From the sequence record MK327935.1: a DNA stretch of 64,000 bases; one strand, 5' to 3'. Position numbers and translations under genes: made by a program. Shown here in pieces: positions 58,050 to 64,000 of this stretch. Under the pieces are notes generated by a model that saw only the letters and a program-made list of their open reading frames with translations, did no database searches and was not told where the DNA came from. Position 1 is the stretch's first letter. The number at the start of each line of letters is the position of its first letter. The DNA is from Escherichia phage vB_EcoM_G2494.

Positions 58050-60053
58050 ATGACTCTATTATCACCGGGTTTCGAAACGAAAGAAACTACTCTCTCCACT
58101 ACCATTGTGCAATCTGCGAGTGGTCGCGCGGCGATGGTAGGTAAATTTCAATGGGGTCCAGCTTTCCAGATTGTTCAAGTAACTAATGAAGTTGAATTAG
58201 TTAATAAATTTGGTCAGCCGGATAATAACACCGCAGACTATTTCATGAGCGGGGCTAACTTCCTCCAGTATGGCAATGACCTGCGTGTTGTTCGTGTACT
58301 CAATAAAGAAAAAGCAAAAAACGCAACCGCACTGGCTGGTAACGTCGAGTTTGAAATCACAAACGAAGGTTCAAACTATGAAGTAGGCGATACCATCAAG
58401 ATTAAACATAACCGTCAAGATATTGAAACGGCTGGTAAAGTAACTAAAGTTGATGGTGATGGTAAAGTTAAGGGCGTATTTATCCCAACTGGTAAAATTA
58501 TCGCTCACGCTAAAGCAATCGGTGTATATCCAGAACTTGATGGCGGTTGGACGGCAGAGTTCACTTCTTCGTCAGGTAACGGTAGTGCGGCGCTGTCAGT
58601 AACTAAAATTGTTACTGATTCCGGTCTTCTGTTAACGGATCTGGAAACTTCCCGCGCCAATATCACAAATCAAACTTTCTTGACTAAACTCCAGAAGTAT
58701 GATATGCCAGCGGTAAGCGCGATCTATGCTGGTGAGATTGGCAACTCGCTGGAAGTTGAAATTCTGGCACGTAGCTCGTTCAGTGGCGCGGTAGCACCTG
58801 AATTAACTATGTATCCGTTCGGCGGAACTCGTTCCGCAGCACGCAACCTAATTCCATATGCACCGCAGAATGATAATCAATATGCGTTTATTGTTCGTCG
58901 AGATGGTGTTGTGGTAGAATCCTATGTACTGTCTACTCTGAAAGGGGATAAAGACGTATACGGCAATTCTATCTACATGGACGACTTCTTTGCTCGTGGT
59001 TCTAGCCAGTACATCTATGCAACCGCTCAGGGCTGGGTCGATGGTTTCAGTGGTATTATCTCTCTCGCTGGTGGTGTTTCTGCTAACGAAGCAACGACTG
59101 GTGGAGTTGGTTCTGATCCGTTCATCGGTGCGATGATGCAAGGTTGGGATCTGTTTGCTGAACGAGAATCTATTCACGTAAACCTGTTGATCGCTGGTGC
59201 ATGTGCTGGCGAAGGCGATGCGTTCTCTACCGTACAGAAACATGCTGTTTCCATCGGTGATGAGCGTCAGGATTGCTTAGTAATAGTTTCTCCGCCGCGT
59301 AGCACTGTTGTTAATATTCCGGTGACTACCGCAATTGATAACCTGATTGCATGGCGCGAAGGTTCAGGAAACTATAATGAAAACAACATGAACATTAATA
59401 CCACTTACGCGGTTATTGATGGTAACTACAAGTATCAGTATGACAAATACAACGACGTAAACCGTTGGGTTCCGTTGGCTGCTGATATTGCTGGTTTGTG
59501 CGCTCGTACTGATGCTGTATCCCAGCCGTGGATGAGTCCGGCAGGTTATAACCGTGGTCAGATCATGAACGTGGTTAAACTGGCTATTGAGCCTCGCAAG
59601 GCACACCGTGATCGTCTGTATCAGGCTGCAATTAACCCGGTGATCGGTGCTGGTGGTGAAGGGTTTATCCTGATGGGTGATAAAACCGCTACGACTGTTC
59701 CTAGCCCGTTTGACCGCATTAACGTTCGTCGTCTGTTTAACATGCTGAAAAAGAATATCGGCGATTCAAGCAAATACAAACTGTTTGAAAACAACGATAA
59801 CTTTACTCGCGCTTCCTTCCGTATGGAGGTTTCGCAATATCTCAGCACGATTCGCTCTCTTGGTGGCATTTATGACTTCCGAGTACAATGCGACACCACG
59901 AACAACACGCCGGATGTAATTGATCGTAACGAATTTGTTGCTAGTATGTTCATCAAACCAGCAAAATCGATCAACTATATCATGCTCAATTTCACTGCTG
60001 TTGCAACTGGTTCTGATTTTGACGAAATTATCGGTCCAGCTAACCAGGCATAA
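58050..60053 (+). CDS. 18: tail sheath protein gp18
   Basis: 667 aa (T4 659 aa); synteny. Confidence 0.9.
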   Translation: MTLLSPGFETKETTLSTTIVQSASGRAAMVGKFQWGPAFQIVQVTNEVELVNKFGQPDNNTADYFMSGANFLQYGNDLRVVRVLNKEKAKNATALAGNVEFEITNEGSNYEVGDTIKIKHNRQDIETAGKVTKVDGDGKVKGVFIPTGKIIAHAKAIGVYPELDGGWTAEFTSSSGNGSAALSVTKIVTDSGLLLTDLETSRANITNQTFLTKLQKYDMPAVSAIYAGEIGNSLEVEILARSSFSGAVAPELTMYPFGGTRSAARNLIPYAPQNDNQYAFIVRRDGVVVESYVLSTLKGDKDVYGNSIYMDDFFARGSSQYIYATAQGWVDGFSGIISLAGGVSANEATTGGVGSDPFIGAMMQGWDLFAERESIHVNLLIAGACAGEGDAFSTVQKHAVSIGDERQDCLVIVSPPRSTVVNIPVTTAIDNLIAWREGSGNYNENNMNINTTYAVIDGNYKYQYDKYNDVNRWVPLAADIAGLCARTDAVSQPWMSPAGYNRGQIMNVVKLAIEPRKAHRDRLYQAAINPVIGAGGEGFILMGDKTATTVPSPFDRINVRRLFNMLKKNIGDSSKYKLFENNDNFTRASFRMEVSQYLSTIRSLGGIYDFRVQCDTTNNTPDVIDRNEFVASMFIKPAKSINYIMLNFTAVATGSDFDEIIGPANQA

Positions 60054-60086
60054 TCAGTAAATTAGCATAGATTAAAAGTTAAATCA

Positions 60087-60107
60087 AGCGGGGAGAAAAT
60101 CCCCGCT
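60087..60107 (+). other. GC-rich stem-loop downstream of gene 18 (no U-tract)
   Basis: agcgggga-gaaaa-tccccgct; similar hairpins follow gene 19 (60634-60652) and gene 13 (51941-51956). Confidence 0.4.
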
Positions 60108-60126
60108 CTATTAAGGAATATCAATT

Positions 60127-60621
60127 ATGGCACTCGATTTGAATGATATTACACGCGGTTTCGAGTCTGGCGATTTTGCTCGTCCTAACCTGTTTGAAGT
60201 TGAGATCCCGTATCTGGGGCAAAACTTTAAGCTGATGTGTAAGGCTGCGACTGTCCCTGCTGCTACCGTAGAAAAAATTGCTGTAGGCTATCAAAACCGT
60301 AAAATTAACATCGCTGGCGACCGTGTATACGACGACTGGACCATCACTGTATTCAACGATGACGCACACAAGATCCGTGATGCTATCGTTGCATGGAGCG
60401 ATCAGACACATGGCACAGGTTCGGCGATCACTGGTGCAACTCCTGCACAATATAAGAAACAAGCTATTGTTCGTCAACTTAACCGTAACACCGAATCAAC
60501 TAGCGAAAAAACATTGTACGGTATTTTCCCGACCAACGTTGGTGAAGTAACCCTCGATTGGGAACAAAACAACGAAGTTGAAACGTTTGAAGTTACTTTT
60601 GCTATCGATTGGGTAGAATAA
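60127..60621 (+). CDS. 19: tail tube protein gp19
   Basis: 164 aa (T4 163 aa); synteny. Confidence 0.85.
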   Translation: MALDLNDITRGFESGDFARPNLFEVEIPYLGQNFKLMCKAATVPAATVEKIAVGYQNRKINIAGDRVYDDWTITVFNDDAHKIRDAIVAWSDQTHGTGSAITGATPAQYKKQAIVRQLNRNTESTSEKTLYGIFPTNVGEVTLDWEQNNEVETFEVTFAIDWVE

Positions 60622-60679
60622 ATATATTATCATGCGGGGAGAAGTTCCCCGCCTAATTTCTCCCAATTCGAGGTGAATA

Positions 60680-62245
60680 ATGTTTAGTAGATTAAAAATG
60701 CTTGCGCGTTGGGCTGATTTTGACAACGACAAATACGAAGAACAAATTAAAGATAAAGCAGAGTCTATCGCCGCACCTAAAAACAATGATGGTGCTACGG
60801 AAGTAGAAATTAATGATAATTTACCTGCTAGCGCGTGGAACTCTCTTACCCAGCAATTTTACAGCACCGACCAGAAAATCAGCACAACTAAGCAATTAGT
60901 TAACACATATCGCGGTTTGATGAATAACCATGAAGTCGAAAACGCTGTACAAAATATCGTTAACGATGCGATTGTATTTGAAGAAGGTCATGAAGTTGTT
61001 TCATTAAATCTTGAGGAGACTGGCTTTAGTGAATCTGTAAAAGAGCGCATTCATGAAGAATTTAAAGATCTTTTAAACACTATCCAGTTTGATAGGCGCG
61101 GTCAGGATATGTTCCGTCGCTGGTATGTCGATTCTCGTATTTTCTTCCATAAAATCATCGGCAAAAATCCAAAAGATGGTATCGTAGAATTACGCCAGCT
61201 TGACCCACGTAATCTTGAATATGTTCGCGAGATCATTACAGAAGACACACCGGAAGGTAAAATTTATAAAGCAACGAAAGAATATTTCATTTACACTGTA
61301 GGCAATAGCTCTTATTGCGCAGGTGGTCAAGTATTCTCTCCTAATAGTCGCGTTAAAATCCCGCGTAGTGCTATTACATACGCTCACAGCGGCTTGATGG
61401 ATTGCGATGATAAATATATCATTGGTTATTTGCATCGGGCTGTTAAGCCAGCAAACCAGCTTAAATTGTTGGAAGACGCAATGGTCGTTTATCGTATCAC
61501 GCGTGCACCGGAACGCCGAGTGTTCTTTATTGATACCGGAAACATGAACAACCGCAAGGCTGCACAGCACATGAACTCAGTGGCACAGTCTTTTAAAAAC
61601 CGCGTTGTTTATGATGCATCGACTGGTAAACTTAAAAACCAGCAAGCAAATCTATCAATGACAGAGGACTACTGGTTACAGCGTCGAGATGGTAAAGCAA
61701 TAACCGACGTTACTACTTTACCCGGTGCATCCGGTATGAGTGATATCGATGATATTCGCTACTTTAACCGTAAATTGTATGAAGCGTTGCGTGTACCATT
61801 GTCCCGTAGTAATCTCTCTGATGCTAATATGGTTATTGGTGGTGACGGTTCAGAAATTACTCGCGATGAGTTGGAATTTTCGAAATTCATTAGAACTCTG
61901 CAATCACAGTTTTCGGAAGTATTGCGCGATCCACTTAAATATAATCTGATCCTTAAAAATGTAATTACGGAAGACGATTGGGATCGTGAAATAAATAATA
62001 TCAAGGTGGTTTTCCATCGGGACTCTTATTATACAGAAGTTAAAGACGCGGAAATTTTAGAACGTCGAATCGGTCTAATCGAACGTATCGCCCCTTACAT
62101 TGGTAAGTATTTCTCTAACCAGACAGTGATGCGTGACATTCTGAAATATACCGATGACCAGATGGACACCGAGAAGAAACAGATCGAAGAAGAAGCGAAC
62201 GATCCGCGCTTTAAACAAACTCCCGATGAAATAGAGGATTTTTAA
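60680..62245 (+). CDS. 20: portal vertex protein gp20
   Basis: 521 aa; resembles T4 gp20 (for example GYLHRAVKPANQLKLLEDA, RDSY...ELKEAEILERR). Confidence 0.9.
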   Translation: MFSRLKMLARWADFDNDKYEEQIKDKAESIAAPKNNDGATEVEINDNLPASAWNSLTQQFYSTDQKISTTKQLVNTYRGLMNNHEVENAVQNIVNDAIVFEEGHEVVSLNLEETGFSESVKERIHEEFKDLLNTIQFDRRGQDMFRRWYVDSRIFFHKIIGKNPKDGIVELRQLDPRNLEYVREIITEDTPEGKIYKATKEYFIYTVGNSSYCAGGQVFSPNSRVKIPRSAITYAHSGLMDCDDKYIIGYLHRAVKPANQLKLLEDAMVVYRITRAPERRVFFIDTGNMNNRKAAQHMNSVAQSFKNRVVYDASTGKLKNQQANLSMTEDYWLQRRDGKAITDVTTLPGASGMSDIDDIRYFNRKLYEALRVPLSRSNLSDANMVIGGDGSEITRDELEFSKFIRTLQSQFSEVLRDPLKYNLILKNVITEDDWDREINNIKVVFHRDSYYTEVKDAEILERRIGLIERIAPYIGKYFSNQTVMRDILKYTDDQMDTEKKQIEEEANDPRFKQTPDEIEDF

Positions 62246-62485
62246 ATGAAACAATTTATCGAAGCAATTAAAACTCGCGATCTAACGCTGATCGAAAAAG
62301 AATTTGATAAGATCATGGAGGCTAAAAAAGCCCAGATCATCGAATCCCAGCGTGTCGAAATCGCATCCAGCGTCATGATCGAAGGTGAAGAAGAAAAAGA
62401 CCGCGATGATGAAGATATGGAAGATGAGGACGACGAAGACGAAGATCGCAAAGACGATAAAAAAGACAAAGAAGACGACGAATAA
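62246..62485 (+). CDS. 67: prohead core protein gp67
   Basis: 79 aa with strongly acidic C-terminus; position after gene 20. Confidence 0.6.
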   Translation: MKQFIEAIKTRDLTLIEKEFDKIMEAKKAQIIESQRVEIASSVMIEGEEEKDRDDEDMEDEDDEDEDRKDDKKDKEDDE

Positions 62486-62497
62486 TAGGAAGCCAAC

Positions 62498-62905
62498 ATG
62501 ATTAAAGATTTTACTCCTAAAGCTGACTTAGAAACTTTTCTGCCGGAAGCACAGGAAAAATTGGACATGTTGGCTATGTTTGAGTCAGAAGAACTATTGA
62601 AAATCGTTGAAGGTATCTCCGAGGATGAGCCGGAACTGGCGGTAGCAATGCTGTCTATCATCGACGGAATTACTGTAAATGAAGCAATGGTTAAACATGT
62701 AAACGCACGCGGGGAAGTTGCACGTAAGAAAGATCGCAAAACCCGTGAGCGTAATGCTTACATGACTACTGGCCTAAGCAAAGCTAAACGCCGTCAAATT
62801 GCCCGTCGTGCTGCAAAAACCAAACGTGCAAATCCATCTATCGAACGTCATGCGGAACGTAAGCGCAAAAAAGCAATGCGTAAACGTAAGGCGTTAGGAT
62901 TATAA
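62498..62905 (+). CDS. 68: prohead core protein gp68
   Basis: 135 aa; basic C-terminus; synteny. Confidence 0.6.
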   Translation: MIKDFTPKADLETFLPEAQEKLDMLAMFESEELLKIVEGISEDEPELAVAMLSIIDGITVNEAMVKHVNARGEVARKKDRKTRERNAYMTTGLSKAKRRQIARRAAKTKRANPSIERHAERKRKKAMRKRKALGL

Positions 62906-62916
62906 CAGGAAACAAC

Positions 62917-63612
62917 ATGGAAAAGAACGAATTACTGATCGAACAATGGGGCGTTCCTTGTGCTCGCGGTAGTTCGTCATTGCTTGAATCATTTGATGAT
63001 AAGGCTACAGGAAATCTCTATATTCAAGGGATTTTCCTGCAAGCCGAAACAGTAAACCGTAATAAACGCTGGTATCCTCGCAGTGTTCTAGAAAATGCGG
63101 TTACTAAATACATACATGAACAAGTTGAGACACATCAAGCTCTAGGCGAACTTAATCACCCAGCAAGAGCAATGCCAGATCCATCCAATGCTTGCATCAT
63201 AATTGAAAAATTATGGTGGGAAGGTAATAACGTGATGGGTAAAGCCCGTGTTATTGAAGGGGATAAAGGCGCAGGTGATAAACTTGCTGCACTGATTCGC
63301 GCTGGCTGGATTCCTGGCGTTTCCTCCCGTGGGTTGGGTCGGTTGAAAGACTCTGGTCGCGGATACAATATTGTACAGGAAGGTTTTGTGTTGACGGTTG
63401 GTGTTGATGTTGTATGGGGTCCGAGCGCACCAGATGCGTGGGTAACTCCTGTGGTTGAGTCAACGGATAGCGATTCTAGCGCGTCAGACGCACCAGAAAG
63501 CGATAAAACCGAAAAAGTGATTAACCCTACAGCCTCACAACAAAACATCGTAGAATCGAATAATAGCGCGTTTATGGCGCTCGCAGAAGCGTTATCTAAA
63601 CGCTATAAATAA
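62917..63612 (+). CDS. 21: prohead core protease gp21
   Basis: 231 aa (T4 212 aa); synteny between 68 and 22. Confidence 0.75.
   Translation: MEKNELLIEQWGVPCARGSSSLLESFDDKATGNLYIQGIFLQAETVNRNKRWYPRSVLENAVTKYIHEQVETHQALGELNHPARAMPDPSNACIIIEKLWWEGNNVMGKARVIEGDKGAGDKLAALIRAGWIPGVSSRGLGRLKDSGRGYNIVQEGFVLTVGVDVVWGPSAPDAWVTPVVESTDSDSSASDAPESDKTEKVINPTASQQNIVESNNSAFMALAEALSKRYK
63604..63611 (+). promoter_or_regulatory. T4 late promoter box TATAAATA (gene 22)
   Basis: TATAAATA about 33 nt upstream of the gp22 ATG. Confidence 0.5.
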
Positions 63613-63643
63613 TAACGTCGTTATCAACAAGAAGGTTATAACC

Positions 63644-64000
63644 ATGCTTAAAGAAATGCTGCTCGAAGAAGCAAAACAGATCACCGTAGACGTTGCTCTC
63701 GATGACCTGTTTGAATCCGTCGAACTGTCGCCGGAAGTAAAAGAAAATTTTGGTACTATCTACGCTCAGGCGGTAAAAGCTAATGCTGTTGCACTGGCAG
63801 AAAGCCACATTGAAAAAATCGCCGCTAAAGCCGATGAACTGGTAGAATCAAAGGTCGAAGAAGCACGCACCGAGATTGAAACCAAACTGTACGAAGATGC
63901 AGATAAATTCCTGAATCACTTAGGCGCTAAATGGCTGGCGGAAAATAAAGAAGCCGTTACCCGTAATATTAAAGCGGATCTGTGCGAATCCCTGATTGGT
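63644..64000 (+). CDS. 22: prohead core scaffold protein gp22 (3'-truncated by window end)
   Basis: Hand translation MLKEMLLEEAKQITVDVALDDLFESVELSPEVKENFGTIYAQAVKA... resembles the T4 gp22 N-terminus; open to window end. Confidence 0.6.
   Translation, partial: MLKEMLLEEAKQITVDVALDDLFESVELSPEVKENFGTIYAQAVKANAVALAESHIEKIAAKADELVESKVEEARTEIETKLYEDADKFLNHLGAKWLAENKEAVTRNIKADLCESLIG

Noticed and set aside
62242-62739. 165-aa Ser-rich minus-strand ORF opposite genes 67 and 68
   Set aside because: It is the antisense read of the acidic GAA/GAT-rich coding repeats of gp67; a low-complexity artefact.

Overview
This window reads as a T4-like (Tevenvirinae-type) myovirus genome segment. Positions 1-32802 are almost entirely leftward-transcribed (minus strand) early and accessory genes: anaerobic ribonucleotide reductase (nrdG, nrdD), endonuclease VII, NrdC glutaredoxin, Dam methylase, thymidine kinase, a GrcA-like glycyl-radical protein, dNMP kinase, and many small hypothetical genes. 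They are driven by a repeated sigma70-like promoter family (TTGACA-N16/17-TATAAT) and punctuated by a conserved terminator hairpin. Positions 32858-64000 are the rightward late structural and packaging module in T4 order (gp53, 5, 5.4, 6-12, wac, 13-22), interrupted by accessory insertions. The two most unusual observations are both interrupted essential late genes: the terminase large subunit gene carries an intein-like insertion whose C-terminal half is a separate, frame-shifted ORF with its own ribosome-binding site, and gene 15 is split by a perfect 55-bp tandem duplication. Other insertions in the late module are an HNH endonuclease gene, a GIY-YIG Seg-like endonuclease gene, and a three-gene methyltransferase cassette with its own promoter and terminator. 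Product calls rest on motifs I recognise by eye and on T4 synteny; no database search was run. My own refined coordinates (internal starts, motifs, repeats) may be off by 1-2 nt; ORF-track coordinates are taken as given.
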